This document shows, piece after piece, positions 32,875 through 44,441 of a DNA stretch of 50,382 nt. The notes under the pieces are model-generated. The model was given only the letters and a program-made list of their open reading frames with translations, did no database searches and was not told where the DNA came from. Both the position numbers and the translations under genes were made by a program. Positions within the stretch are counted from its first letter, which is position 1. Every line of letters starts with the position of its first letter. Source of the DNA: a virus (lineage: Duplodnaviria > Caudoviricetes); the IMG/VR virus record IMGVR_UViG_3300037634_004340, positions 1-50,382 of that record; one strand, given 5' to 3'.

Positions 32875-35800
32875 TATTTAGGGCAAGCTCTTGCAGCTTT
32901 ATTAAACTCATTAAAAGAATCTCTTACTGACCCTGAAGATTTCTGACTCTCTTTTATATCACGGCCTTGCTTTATAAACTTACGCAGCATACTTAATCTA
33001 TATTCACTTAATAATGCTAATGGTTTTATTGAAGCTCCACCAGATGAACCTGCCATTAATGCTAATTCAGGGCTCATGCTATAACCACTTATCTCAGAAA
33101 CACCTTCTTCGCCTATTCCTTTAGTTATTACTTTACCAAGACCCATCTCTGTTAACTTCTGACGAACACCTTCTTGCATAAGATGATAAGATATAGGATC
33201 TAAATAGTTATTTTGCATCATTAACTGATTAGTATAAGATAACGCTGTCTCTAGCTTTTTATAGTCAGGGCCTTTATGATTTAATAGCTTTGTATTTATA
33301 AGATTTCTAAAAAACTCTATATTAGTATCATATTCAGGACCCATTCCAAAGACATCTTTATTAAACACGCCTTTTTCAGTATTTATAGACTCATATCTAT
33401 CCCAAGTATTTACAAGTTTACGACTATATCCAGGAACATTATTAATAATACCGAGTATACCCTGATCATTTGTTGGAATTAATCCAAAATTACCGTCAAA
33501 GAAATTACTATAAGCAGAATAACGCTTAGTTAAGTGCTCTATTGTAAGTTTTAAATTGTTTTTTTCTTGATGATTTGTCTCATTATTAAACTTATCTAGT
33601 AAAAACTTAACAACTCTTTTAAACCTACCAGACGCTTTAGAACTAACAGCTATGGGATTACCGTTATATATACCTATTGTAGTCTCAGCTTTAGTAGGCA
33701 TTGCATATTCTAGTAAAAAAGGCATACCATGATCCCCATAACCTTGATTTAACGCTAAAGCTAAATACTCTTCAACCTCCATAGGATCTTTTTTAGTACT
33801 CATCCTTTTTTTCATCATCTCAGGATTTATCTGAGTCATCTCTTGATATTCAGAAGTTGTGCCCGCACTAAAGTATTCACTATATTCTTGAGCAGTTTCA
33901 GCCTTTAAAGCTGTAACTTCTTTATAGAAATTACTTACATCGCCTGCAGTTGTAAACTTTTGACTTAACTCATGAAGAGTATACCATTGAACGGTCCCTT
34001 CAAGCATATCTTTATCTCTAGAAATATCTACAAACTTTATACCCTCTAAATACTTAGCATCACCTGTTTTTAAGTATTTATCCGGGAGATAGCCTTTTAA
34101 TACAGCTTCTTTTTCTTTAATTAATTCAATTAAAGATTCTATTCTGGCTTTTCTTAAATTCTCAGGAATCTCTTTATTTCTAGCTATATTTCCTATTTGT
34201 CTTTTCCAATATTTAATTATCTTAACATCTGAGTTTACCTTACCTGTTAATTGAGGTATGATTTCACGCATACGATCAGTTAAATTGCCTTCTCCAAATG
34301 ACTCTTTAGAGTAGATTATTTCATTAGCGACTGCCTGCATTTCTTTAAAGCCTTCACCCTGGAGTAAGATATTCCCTTTTCCATTATTACCTAAAGGATC
34401 GTTATGCATTATCTCTCTATAAATTCTTTCTACAACAGAGCCGTGATCACCTCCAGAAGCAGCAGTCATTATACCTTTATCCATAGCACCTTGCACTAAA
34501 GGAGACTCGTTCCACCATCTATACATATATTTGCCAGACGATTTATTGTCACCCCTCTCTCTCATTAACGCTGCATCATATTCCTCTAAAGCCTTCCCAT
34601 ATAACTTATCAGCTGTCTTGTTATATTTAGCCCTAAGTTTTTGATGAGGTTTAAACATTGATTTTACTAATTCATTGTCACCATGTTTAGCTTTTACGTT
34701 TTTATAAATTGTACTCGTCATGTCCTCTAAATGTCCAAAATAAGCATGAGTTATAGACATTATATCTTCATATTTTGCAGGACTACCTTGACCTGTATTA
34801 TCATATACTTCAGTACTTAAAGTTAATAATCTGCCATGCTCAGACATTAAAGTTTTTATAATAGTTCTTTCTTCAGGAGTTAAATCGTATTCTCCTGTAG
34901 GATTATCTTCAGTTTTAGGACCAAATTTTCTAAACAATCTAATTCTACTATTTTGAGGACCCTTAACACTTTGCGCCGTCTTTTGCGCAGATAAACTTGG
35001 AACATCGTCTTTAGATATAGATTTATCCATTATAGGGAAGAGATAATCATTTCTCCAATCCATCATCTTATTTACAATTCTTTGATCGACGCCTTTCCAA
35101 TAATCAATAATAAGCTGGGATTCTAAGGCAGATCTTTCAAAAAAGCTAGCATTGTCATAGTCTACAGATACAGTAAACTCATTCTCTCCATGTGTGTATT
35201 TTAATAAATCTTTACGCCCAGTTGTTTCATTAGTAGTGCCCAGCTCAGATAAATGGTTTACTAGCCTAACAGTTTTCTGTACAAGTCCTATGCCTTTTTT
35301 AAGCACTCTATTATTACCATCAAATGTATTCCAACCAGCATTTTCTCTCCCAGAATTAGATAAACTAAGTTCAGGAACCTTTCCTTCATAATTACCTGTA
35401 TTTACAGTATTTACCCAGTGCCGTTGTACTCTTTGATTGTGTTCCCAGGTACCTCTATTCATACCCCAAAAGAAGTCAATTTCATCTACATCGTAATCAC
35501 CTTCAAATATATTAAGAACATCAAAGTCATTAGCTATAGCTGTGTTTCCATGGTCTTTACCTAGGAATCCTTTAAGTCTAAGTATAGCTAAATCATTAGG
35601 CGTAGTCCTTGGATAACGTGTAGTCATTATACCTACAGCTAAGTCTTCCCCTAAGGCTTTATTTAATACTTCAATTTCTGAATGCAATAAGCCTAAGTTT
35701 CCATCAATAGTAGTTTTCTCCCAGAAATCTCTAAAGCTTAACTTAAGTCTATCGCCTTGCTTTTTCAGCAGAGCATCGTATTCGTTATACATTTTCTCAA

Positions 35801-38800
35801 GTCTTTGCTTTAAAGGGAATACTCCACCATTATTATCCACGATCCTAAGCTCTAAGTCTTTGGTTTTTCCTGAGAAATCAATCGAACCTCTAGCTGTAAA
35901 TTCAGGAAGCATTATATCGCCATGGAATATTTTAGTGTCTTCTTTCTCACCCGTACGAACAGTAGGCTTTAAATTTCTAAATTCAAAATTCTGTTTTAAT
36001 ACAGACTTACCACCATAAGCATTACCACCCATAATAGAAGGAGGGCTCATAATAGGATCTAGGAAGTGAGATTTCACCGCATCTATTAATACGCCTTCGC
36101 CTAACATCCTTACATCTCCACCCATAGCAGCTATTTGCATATGATGTCCTAAGTTCTCAAGACCTTCAGGGCTATTCTGCATATCTTCTAGCGTTGTACG
36201 AGGATCTATTTTTTTAAGTTTTAGTAAAGCTAATCTTTTATATAAACCATCTTCAACAAACTTAGCCATTGTACCATCTACTAATAATTTGTCTAATCTG
36301 TTTTTATAGAAAGCGTTATAATATTCACCAGCCTCAATAGATTCCATATAATTAGGAATAGAGTATGATTGCCTAGCTGGCATTTCAGCTTCAGGTATAA
36401 TGCTAATACCTACTTTATCTTTAGGTATAGTTCTAATAAACCGATCTATTTCCGAACCCTCTATTTTAATCATTTGATCAACAGTTTTATCTATATATCT
36501 AGGTCGATCCTGATTAGAGCTCTTTTCCCACTCCGCCTGAGATATAGCTGATTTCATCTTATCTGCACTGCGAGTTATAATCATATCTAAATTTTTACTT
36601 TTGCCAAATATCTCAGATTGAATATGAGGATCATATACAAACACTGTTTTAGCATACATCATATCATTTCCTTCACCATTAGATGATACGATAGGCTTAA
36701 AGACAGCAGCTCCAGTAGTTCCATAATACAGATTTAAAAAGTCAGCATAATCTTTAGAAATAAACGATATACTGTCATAACTAGACTCATCATTTCTGTC
36801 GCCAAGCATTTTCTTCCAACTAGTGCCTCTAAACTTTAATGCTTCCTCATTTCTTGTTGAAACTTTAGCATGATCTTTATCATTCCAAACTATATAGCCT
36901 AAATCTCTTTTTTCAAAACTTCTTAATAAATTCATATCAGAAACATTAGTTAAGCTTTTTCTTAATGCAACTAATAAATCAGCATCCATACGTCTAAACG
37001 ATGGAGTATGAAAAAGACTAACTCTCTTACTCATTTCAGCTAACTCTGGGCTATTCATCGTTAATGTTTCTAAGAATCGTCCTTGTACTTTACTGACAAG
37101 CATATCATTTATAATGATAGATCTCATTGCATCTTCATGTACAGCGCTCCAAGTTTTAGTCTTCTCGAGATTATCCATCATCTCTTTTAATCGACTGCCT
37201 TGTGGATTCTTCATATCTTTTTTATAATACGGTTTAAATATCTTTTCTCTATAAAGTTCAGCAACTTCTTTAAAACTAGACTCAGGAACACCAATTGGAT
37301 TTTTAGCATTACCCATACGAATAATAGCCATCCCTTTATGATCTCCAGTAGCTTCATCCCAAGTATATCTTTTTATAGTATCATAAAAATGTTTTTGTTG
37401 AGCCTCAGCAAACTGTTTACCTCGACGGTCCGTAGATACTGATGAATCATAATCTAATACATTTAGGGAAGCAGATTTTACCTTCCCTCCTTTAAAGTAA
37501 TGTGTAAAAGATTCGCCATTAACAAAGACATAAGGGATACCAGATTCATCTAGAAGATCCGTAAATGGACTTCTCTGCTGGTTTTTCATCTTAGACACAG
37601 GATCACCCCGGTTTACACTTAACTCAGGTTTAGAGATCGTTCCCTTTCTTAATATAAATATTTTTTGAACATCTCTTGAAGCTCTTATATATTCAGCTTG
37701 ATAGTTTGGATTAGATACAACTTCACTACCTGTGACTTTATTTCCACCTATAGTGAACTCCATTTGCTCTATAAGTCTTTCGTGTGGATTTTCATTTACA
37801 TCTTTAGTAGTTGGGTTATATAATGCTTTTTCTATTAAATCGTTTTGCTCTACAGCTTCTTGATATTTACTACCCATTCCTCGTTCTAATGGAAAATACT
37901 TCTCAAAGAAACCTTGTTGTGTCATAGCACTACTATGGTCTTTAAATTTAGATCGGACGTCTAAATCAATATCCGCTGAACTTATTTTATTCTCTATATC
38001 CGACATATATACGCCAGATTTTTGTAACCATTCCTGTAATTCTGATCTAACTTCAGCTTTTAGCTCTCCAGTATCAGTAAGGAAATCTTTATTTATAATA
38101 TATTCAAGAGTATTTTGTCTTTTATTAGTCGTTATAAGACCTTTACTTATCATATTAAAAAGTAAATCGTTAGGCCTTTCAGCATTTTCTACCCATTGAA
38201 CCAAACCATGTTTTAATGGATCTGCTCCATTTAATGTAGCAATAAAGTCTATTAAAGTTTCTTGAGCCTGTTGTTGCTGTTTTGCTTCAGATTTTCTTAT
38301 AATTGTATCTAAACCAATAGCTTCTTGTTTACTAACCCGAATACCTCTGCGTGTAACTCTATCAGACACAGTCGTAGTTATAGCCCCATCAAAGTCCATT
38401 ATAGATTCATCTAAATTTATAAATGACTTACCCTCATAAGTGGCTCTTTTTATTAAATTATATATATAATCATTATATCTTTTAGCTAGTTTATAATGAG
38501 TTGTCCTCCCGTCTAGAATAGATAAATCTATTTTTCTAACAGAGAAACCGGTACCACCATCAACTGTAGTACTGTAATTTGCAAATGGAAGTTCTAACCC
38601 AGATAAATCTGCAAGAATAGCGACATCATTATTAGTTATTTCTGTATTTTTTATAATTTCAGATGTAATTCTTTGAGTAATATTAGCCCTAAACATATCT
38701 AATATCTCTTTTTGAGTATTTATCTTATTGGCGTTTAAATATTCATTAAGTTCATGTATTTTTTCTACTTTAATTGTAACTTTATCTGTGGTATTTACAT

Positions 38801-41375
38801 TTATAGACTTATTCCCTTTAGTAGCTAATATACCTATAACTGATTTTAATAAAGCCTCTTCATTCCCACCTTTGTAATCAAGCTCTCCCTTGTCAATTTC
38901 TACATTATGGAATGAAAGTAAATCAAATAAAGGTAAATCTTCTTTTGTAGCATCTTTTCTATCAGCTCTTGGTTTTATTATACCTACATCTACAAGCCTG
39001 GATCGTAATTCACCAAACTTTTCATTTTTTGTATCATCAAAAAACTCAGATATTAAATCCATACTTTTATGACCATGTCTAATCATTAATGGAGCTGTAT
39101 AATGGTCCATCTCATTAAAGGTAAAGTTCAAAGATTTCTTTCCAGTATTAAACTTTTCATTAACACGTTGCTCTCCAAGTCTCACTTGCTCTACCATACT
39201 TCTAACTTGAGCTTCACTAGTTAATTCAGCATGCCATTCAGCTGGATTAGAGGTTATTTCACCTTTCATAATACCATTATTAATTTCTATTAATTTGTTT
39301 GTACTTTGTTGAGCTTTTAAAACAGTTTCAATTTCAAGTCCTTCATAATTACCTTTTTTAATAGCATCAAGTAGTCGCTGATTTATAGTTACCATTTCAG
39401 GCAATGTACCTAAACTTCCACTACTAGGATCATTTAAAGACCAATTGTCTGTAGAATTATTAAGTATTTCCCTAAGGCTATGCCCTAATTCACGCTCTAA
39501 AGAATCAGTCAATTCTTCAGTAGACTCTCTCATTATATCTTTAAAGTCTTGTAATGTCTTTATTTTTTTAGTGCCGAAAGAAACTTTTTTAATTACTCTT
39601 TCTATTTCAATCATTTCTTTTTCAGTAATTTGTGCTGTAGGTTTTACAGATAATTCTCCAGAGGCACCCGCAATCCATTTCATAAACTCATTAAATAAAG
39701 GTCTATCTACCTTAGATGCTCCTATTGTTGGAGATCCGTCTTTTGTACTTATTACTAAATCTTCATTATTCTCGCCTATTATACCTAATTCTCGGGCTTT
39801 ATCTCTAAGTTCTTTAAAAGCAGGATTTGTTAATGGATTAATACTTGCAAATTGATCTTCTGATAATGTAGGATATAAATCATACATATGTGTTTGTGGA
39901 GTACCGTGTACATGTAGTCCTCTTCGTAATGCTGACATTTTTTGCATATTCATATCAGGGGTAAGAGGTCTACCTTTTCTATTAATAAATGCTCCAATTA
40001 ATAAAGAAGTAGCTATATCTTCAGCAGGCATTTCATAGCCTTTAGATAAATCTATCATTGTTCTTGCATTCATTATTGCTGTACCGGCTATAACTCTAGG
40101 CCAATTAGCTAAAGTACTTTGGAAGTCTTCAGTTACAGCTGCTAGCATCATATCTCGGCCGTATTTTCTCTTTTGTCCTTCTAGAGCAGCTCTTAGTACT
40201 TCTGTAGCTTTTGCTTTATTTCCACCTACATGCGTTAATATATTACTCATAGGATCTTGAAGATTAATTTCCATTCCTTTATAAGATATAATAGATGATT
40301 CTCCGTTAAGCTGTAAGCTTTTACCTATTAATTCAGAATGCTTTTTCAATTCTGTTTCAGACAACCCTTTATATCTAGGCTTGGAAAATAAAGTTTTAAC
40401 TCCAGCCATAAAATCATCACTAGTAATAGAAGATTTACCTGCTGCAGGAAGTAACTTAAGTGTACCAAATGCAGCACCTACACCTACACCCCATAAAGGA
40501 GCTGTAAAATCATAAGGTCTATCGTCGTGAATTGAATGAGATACTTCCATAGCTGCGTCTATTAATCCAAACATAACACCTTCTTGAATCATACTTCCTA
40601 CTACAAAACCGAATTTATTAGGATGTCGCTTCATCATTAAATCAACAAAATCTTGCATAGGCCTTGTGCCTATGTTTTTATCGAACTGCTCTCTTATAAG
40701 TCTAGCTTGCTTGTGAGTTATATCGCCCCTTATAACACCACCCTTAACAACTTCTTTAATAGCTTTGCTAGCTGAATCACCCCAATTAGTAGCAACACCT
40801 TTAGCTGCTTCTGTAAACCTAGCTGTATGAGCTGTATGAATAAGTCTTTTCTTTATAGTCTTATCAACTAAGTTTTTAGCTGTTTTAGTACCACCCTCTT
40901 TAAATATTGTAGCACTAGTCTTCTTAACTATTTGGTCTACCGTCTCTGCCCCAACCTTCTTAATAATTGGCTTAGCTAATAAGCTTGTAGCTTTAGCACC
41001 AACTTTCATAGGAGCACCCCATATAAAACCTAGTGTACCACCAATAGCAGAGCCTACTTTACCAGGTATTGTTTGTGGAGTTAAATAATTTTCTTCCAGC
41101 TCTTTACCAAAAAGATAATTTGATGCAGGAGCTAAAGTTCCAAAAGCAGCTTCATCAGCAAAAGACCATAAACCTTGCCCTACCATATCTATAAGGGCAT
41201 TTCTCTTCTCACGAACTTGTACATCTTGTTTTACATCAAATTGGTTATAATCAGGTATTGCATCTGACTCCATGAAGTTTGGAGTTTTAAAGTATTCATC
41301 TAAAGTATTTGTTTGTATTCCACCTAAGCTATTCTCGTCTTCAGTGTTATAGTATACATCATATAAGCTTGGCAT
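32874..41375 (-). CDS. Giant virion-packaged double-psi beta-barrel RNA polymerase (crAss-like)
   Basis: 2833 aa; TTRYPRT about 40 aa before EGDYDVDE (DxDxD catalytic loop); YAKT and SADK upstream; hydrophobic N-terminal helices; sits in the ejection cluster. Confidence 0.8.
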   Translation of the reverse strand: MPSLYDVYYNTEDENSLGGIQTNTLDEYFKTPNFMESDAIPDYNQFDVKQDVQVREKRNALIDMVGQGLWSFADEAAFGTLAPASNYLFGKELEENYLTPQTIPGKVGSAIGGTLGFIWGAPMKVGAKATSLLAKPIIKKVGAETVDQIVKKTSATIFKEGGTKTAKNLVDKTIKKRLIHTAHTARFTEAAKGVATNWGDSASKAIKEVVKGGVIRGDITHKQARLIREQFDKNIGTRPMQDFVDLMMKRHPNKFGFVVGSMIQEGVMFGLIDAAMEVSHSIHDDRPYDFTAPLWGVGVGAAFGTLKLLPAAGKSSITSDDFMAGVKTLFSKPRYKGLSETELKKHSELIGKSLQLNGESSIISYKGMEINLQDPMSNILTHVGGNKAKATEVLRAALEGQKRKYGRDMMLAAVTEDFQSTLANWPRVIAGTAIMNARTMIDLSKGYEMPAEDIATSLLIGAFINRKGRPLTPDMNMQKMSALRRGLHVHGTPQTHMYDLYPTLSEDQFASINPLTNPAFKELRDKARELGIIGENNEDLVISTKDGSPTIGASKVDRPLFNEFMKWIAGASGELSVKPTAQITEKEMIEIERVIKKVSFGTKKIKTLQDFKDIMRESTEELTDSLERELGHSLREILNNSTDNWSLNDPSSGSLGTLPEMVTINQRLLDAIKKGNYEGLEIETVLKAQQSTNKLIEINNGIMKGEITSNPAEWHAELTSEAQVRSMVEQVRLGEQRVNEKFNTGKKSLNFTFNEMDHYTAPLMIRHGHKSMDLISEFFDDTKNEKFGELRSRLVDVGIIKPRADRKDATKEDLPLFDLLSFHNVEIDKGELDYKGGNEEALLKSVIGILATKGNKSINVNTTDKVTIKVEKIHELNEYLNANKINTQKEILDMFRANITQRITSEIIKNTEITNNDVAILADLSGLELPFANYSTTVDGGTGFSVRKIDLSILDGRTTHYKLAKRYNDYIYNLIKRATYEGKSFINLDESIMDFDGAITTTVSDRVTRRGIRVSKQEAIGLDTIIRKSEAKQQQQAQETLIDFIATLNGADPLKHGLVQWVENAERPNDLLFNMISKGLITTNKRQNTLEYIINKDFLTDTGELKAEVRSELQEWLQKSGVYMSDIENKISSADIDLDVRSKFKDHSSAMTQQGFFEKYFPLERGMGSKYQEAVEQNDLIEKALYNPTTKDVNENPHERLIEQMEFTIGGNKVTGSEVVSNPNYQAEYIRASRDVQKIFILRKGTISKPELSVNRGDPVSKMKNQQRSPFTDLLDESGIPYVFVNGESFTHYFKGGKVKSASLNVLDYDSSVSTDRRGKQFAEAQQKHFYDTIKRYTWDEATGDHKGMAIIRMGNAKNPIGVPESSFKEVAELYREKIFKPYYKKDMKNPQGSRLKEMMDNLEKTKTWSAVHEDAMRSIIINDMLVSKVQGRFLETLTMNSPELAEMSKRVSLFHTPSFRRMDADLLVALRKSLTNVSDMNLLRSFEKRDLGYIVWNDKDHAKVSTRNEEALKFRGTSWKKMLGDRNDESSYDSISFISKDYADFLNLYYGTTGAAVFKPIVSSNGEGNDMMYAKTVFVYDPHIQSEIFGKSKNLDMIITRSADKMKSAISQAEWEKSSNQDRPRYIDKTVDQMIKIEGSEIDRFIRTIPKDKVGISIIPEAEMPARQSYSIPNYMESIEAGEYYNAFYKNRLDKLLVDGTMAKFVEDGLYKRLALLKLKKIDPRTTLEDMQNSPEGLENLGHHMQIAAMGGDVRMLGEGVLIDAVKSHFLDPIMSPPSIMGGNAYGGKSVLKQNFEFRNLKPTVRTGEKEDTKIFHGDIMLPEFTARGSIDFSGKTKDLELRIVDNNGGVFPLKQRLEKMYNEYDALLKKQGDRLKLSFRDFWEKTTIDGNLGLLHSEIEVLNKALGEDLAVGIMTTRYPRTTPNDLAILRLKGFLGKDHGNTAIANDFDVLNIFEGDYDVDEIDFFWGMNRGTWEHNQRVQRHWVNTVNTGNYEGKVPELSLSNSGRENAGWNTFDGNNRVLKKGIGLVQKTVRLVNHLSELGTTNETTGRKDLLKYTHGENEFTVSVDYDNASFFERSALESQLIIDYWKGVDQRIVNKMMDWRNDYLFPIMDKSISKDDVPSLSAQKTAQSVKGPQNSRIRLFRKFGPKTEDNPTGEYDLTPEERTIIKTLMSEHGRLLTLSTEVYDNTGQGSPAKYEDIMSITHAYFGHLEDMTSTIYKNVKAKHGDNELVKSMFKPHQKLRAKYNKTADKLYGKALEEYDAALMRERGDNKSSGKYMYRWWNESPLVQGAMDKGIMTAASGGDHGSVVERIYREIMHNDPLGNNGKGNILLQGEGFKEMQAVANEIIYSKESFGEGNLTDRMREIIPQLTGKVNSDVKIIKYWKRQIGNIARNKEIPENLRKARIESLIELIKEKEAVLKGYLPDKYLKTGDAKYLEGIKFVDISRDKDMLEGTVQWYTLHELSQKFTTAGDVSNFYKEVTALKAETAQEYSEYFSAGTTSEYQEMTQINPEMMKKRMSTKKDPMEVEEYLALALNQGYGDHGMPFLLEYAMPTKAETTIGIYNGNPIAVSSKASGRFKRVVKFLLDKFNNETNHQEKNNLKLTIEHLTKRYSAYSNFFDGNFGLIPTNDQGILGIINNVPGYSRKLVNTWDRYESINTEKGVFNKDVFGMGPEYDTNIEFFRNLINTKLLNHKGPDYKKLETALSYTNQLMMQNNYLDPISYHLMQEGVRQKLTEMGLGKVITKGIGEEGVSEISGYSMSPELALMAGSSGGASIKPLALLSEYRLSMLRKFIKQGRDIKESQKSSGSVRDSFNEFNKAARACPK

Positions 41376-42418
41376 TAATTAGCCTTTATTATTTTATTAT
41401 ATAAATTTATTTTCTTATTATATTCTTTCTCTAAATCTGCTTTCCTTATTTGAGTCTTATTCTTAAATGAAACTAAGCCAGTACTTACACCAAATTCCTT
41501 ACTCCAATCTATATACATCTTTCTTTTTCCAAGATTACCACTTCCTAAACCCTTTTGATGAAATTTCAATGAACTCTCTATAGCATCTATTTCTTTTTTC
41601 AACTTTTTAGTCGTAGTTCCCCATGAATATTGTTCAGTATCTTTAATAACTGAAGGTTGAAGCTGTAAAGGAAAGGATATTAAATGATCTATATCAAAAT
41701 CAGGATCAAGTTCTTCTATCATAGATACTTCGGTTTCAGATAACTTTATCCCTTCAGGAAGTTTACCTCCACCTAATTCTGTTGATTCTAAAGCTTGTTG
41801 TTTCAACCTATTTAAACTATTAAATATTTCATTAGCTGCATCTATTTTTGACAACTTTCTTATAGCCGGAATCCTATGACCAGGAGTTGCAACTTGTCCT
41901 AATCCATATCCGCCCCCTCCTGTGTCTCTAGGTGTTTTATGCCAATAATCATCTATCTTTTTGATTCCAAGTCCTATAGAATTATAGGTGTTACGTATAT
42001 CTAAATATCTTTTTTCAAGTTTATCGTTTCTAGAGCCGAACATTTTAGCTAATACATCAGGATAAGCAAGGGATTCAGCATATATTAAAGATTTATAAAG
42101 CTCTGCTTGCTCTTTTTGTAATCCTAATATCTCGTCCATATCTGCATTGTATTTCTTTTTTATATCCGTATAATCCTTTACAGCTGTATTATATCTCTCT
42201 GTTTGTTCTCCAGCAAGGTCTAATGCATCTTCAGCTTGAAATTCTAAAGCTGTATAGGCTTCTGGTGTCATAAATTGACTATTCAGAATATTAGAGTCTA
42301 TTAATGTATTTGTTATTTCTTTAATCTTTTGATTAGATATATCTGCGCCTGTAGTATCTATAGGAATAGTATCTTCTGCCATGTATTCTAAAAAGTTAAA
42401 TATTTTTGGTTGGGCCAT
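41375..42418 (-). CDS. Putative internal virion protein
   Basis: 347 aa, helical, in the ejection cluster. Confidence 0.5.
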   Translation of the reverse strand: MAQPKIFNFLEYMAEDTIPIDTTGADISNQKIKEITNTLIDSNILNSQFMTPEAYTALEFQAEDALDLAGEQTERYNTAVKDYTDIKKKYNADMDEILGLQKEQAELYKSLIYAESLAYPDVLAKMFGSRNDKLEKRYLDIRNTYNSIGLGIKKIDDYWHKTPRDTGGGGYGLGQVATPGHRIPAIRKLSKIDAANEIFNSLNRLKQQALESTELGGGKLPEGIKLSETEVSMIEELDPDFDIDHLISFPLQLQPSVIKDTEQYSWGTTTKKLKKEIDAIESSLKFHQKGLGSGNLGKRKMYIDWSKEFGVSTGLVSFKNKTQIRKADLEKEYNKKINLYNKIIKAN

Positions 42419-42427
42419 ATTATACTC

Positions 42428-43894
42428 CTATTTGATATACATTAAAGAAGTTCTTGCTAATTCTATCTCTAACCATTGTTCTAGTTGTTTATACATCGCA
42501 GGATTTGTTTTTCGTACGCTTTTAAGTTGCATTTTAATATCTGCTTGTAGACTATTATATTCAGGAGTTTTTTCCATTCCTTGAAATTCTAAGGATCTAA
42601 GTTTATTAAACTTAGATGAAAATCCCCTCTTATCCATCATTCGGTGAAATGGCGTAGGATCTAAATTAGGTTTAACTAAATTACCTTCATTATCTAAATT
42701 ACCTTCATTAGTTGTTTTAATCCATTCATCTGACAGTCTTGCTGCTTTATCTAGTTTTATAAACATATTATAAGATACAGAGAGAGCCTTAGCTGTACTA
42801 GGTCTAAATTTAGTCAGTAATTCCATATATTTATTGCCAGTAGAGCCTTTTTTGCCTAATCCAACTCCTCTTAAATATTCTAAGGTAGCATCTGTTCCAC
42901 CACCATCTTTTCCTACATACCATAACCCTCTAACAAAAGATTTAAATCCTATTATATCGGGATGGTTTTTTCCTAGGACTGTATCAATATTATCTTCTAT
43001 ATCGGCAAGTGTTGCAAGGCCCATACCATCTGGCGTTCTCCACATCATAACAGCTGTTTCGTCAGCCCAAATTGGACTAACAGCTGACCCTACAGCTATC
43101 TTACTTGAAGCAAAAACTCTACTTGCTTTTTTACTAAGTCCTCCACCTGCAATAGCGTCTCCTATTTGAATATTATTAAGCATTTTTGTGTGCTCATCCT
43201 GTAAATATTCTTGATTGGTCTTAAACCACTTATTGTTTGGATCGGCTAATCCAGATTCAAATCCTTTATAAAAATTATTAATATGTTCTTGTGCATCAGC
43301 ATCAGCAACATAAAGTCCATTTACTTGTGTTAAACCCATGTCAGGACTAGCATAACCCATTTCAACCATCTTAGTAATAACCATAGGATCATCAAGATCT
43401 TCTCGGAATTTTTGAAAATCATCTAAATCTCCTGGAGTCATAACTCCCGGGGATACATCTCCACCTACCTCTAGAGGTAAAGTAGGATGCACACTACCGC
43501 CAAGATGGGTTAAACCTTTATTTCGTCCTTGTCTGTAAAATAATAATCTTTTACTTAACTCATCAGAATCACCATCTGTACTAAGCGAAGCAGCCATTAA
43601 CCCTTCAGTAACTGATGCTATATTTTGTGTTATATGAGCTGTAGATTTCGTATAATCATAACCCGCTAAATCTACATATCCTGTATCTTCATTTATTGTA
43701 ACGCCAGGATATTGTAAGGACATCTGAGCATTATATCTTTCTTTGTCATTGTCATGAGCTTTATCCATCTTGGTAATTTCATGCTCTCTACTAATAGCTG
43801 CATTTAAAAACCCGGCCTTTTGTTCTATCCGTCTCTCTTTTATAGCTTGTTGTTGCTGAATTATTTGTAATACTTGATTTAAACCACTAGCCAT
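42428..43894 (-). CDS. Putative internal virion/ejection protein
   Basis: 488 aa, Gln-rich coiled-coil N-terminus. Confidence 0.5.
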   Translation of the reverse strand: MASGLNQVLQIIQQQQAIKERRIEQKAGFLNAAISREHEITKMDKAHDNDKERYNAQMSLQYPGVTINEDTGYVDLAGYDYTKSTAHITQNIASVTEGLMAASLSTDGDSDELSKRLLFYRQGRNKGLTHLGGSVHPTLPLEVGGDVSPGVMTPGDLDDFQKFREDLDDPMVITKMVEMGYASPDMGLTQVNGLYVADADAQEHINNFYKGFESGLADPNNKWFKTNQEYLQDEHTKMLNNIQIGDAIAGGGLSKKASRVFASSKIAVGSAVSPIWADETAVMMWRTPDGMGLATLADIEDNIDTVLGKNHPDIIGFKSFVRGLWYVGKDGGGTDATLEYLRGVGLGKKGSTGNKYMELLTKFRPSTAKALSVSYNMFIKLDKAARLSDEWIKTTNEGNLDNEGNLVKPNLDPTPFHRMMDKRGFSSKFNKLRSLEFQGMEKTPEYNSLQADIKMQLKSVRKTNPAMYKQLEQWLEIELARTSLMYIK

Positions 43895-43895
43895 A

Positions 43896-44441
43896 TTAGC
43901 TCCACATTCCTTCCCAGAAACCTTCTGGTTGGGCTTCTATATCTGTTAATAACGCTTGTCTTTCTTGGTCAGCTTGTAATTTACTACGCTTTACGCCTTG
44001 CTCCCCTCTAGCAAATGCAAGATCGGCACTTTCAAAGCCGTATTCTTTAGATTTAGTAAGATCTACAATACTCTGTTTATATTTATCCAGGACATCACTC
44101 GTAGCTACTTTTTCCTTTGAAGATATTTCTGTACTTGTAGCAAAACCAGATTTCTTAGTAGCAACATCAGTTCCTGCTGTTATTTTACCTACTACATCGC
44201 TGGCCTGTGAACCTGAAGCAGCTGTACCAACTAAATAATCTTGAGAGGCTTTAGCTTTAGTAAGTGCTTGAGTTTCTCCTAATATATCTAAATCTTTATC
44301 TGCTAAATTTAATTTATCTTGATATATTTGTTCAACAGCATCTTTTTGTGCTTGTATTTCACCTGCAGAAGCGGCACCAAACCCACCTATAACTTTATCA
44401 GCACCCCACATTACTGCAGCACCAACGGCTACCCAGCTCAT
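43896..44441 (-). CDS. Pilot/ejection protein (T7 gp14/P22 gp7-like)
   Basis: MSWVAVGAAV Gly/Ala-rich hydrophobic N-terminus followed by coiled coil. Confidence 0.6.
   Translation of the reverse strand: MSWVAVGAAVMWGADKVIGGFGAASAGEIQAQKDAVEQIYQDKLNLADKDLDILGETQALTKAKASQDYLVGTAASGSQASDVVGKITAGTDVATKKSGFATSTEISSKEKVATSDVLDKYKQSIVDLTKSKEYGFESADLAFARGEQGVKRSKLQADQERQALLTDIEAQPEGFWEGMWS

Noticed and set aside
42676-42710. 18-bp tandem duplication
   Set aside because: In-frame NEGNLD/NEGNLV repeat inside a coding region; a simple slippage event
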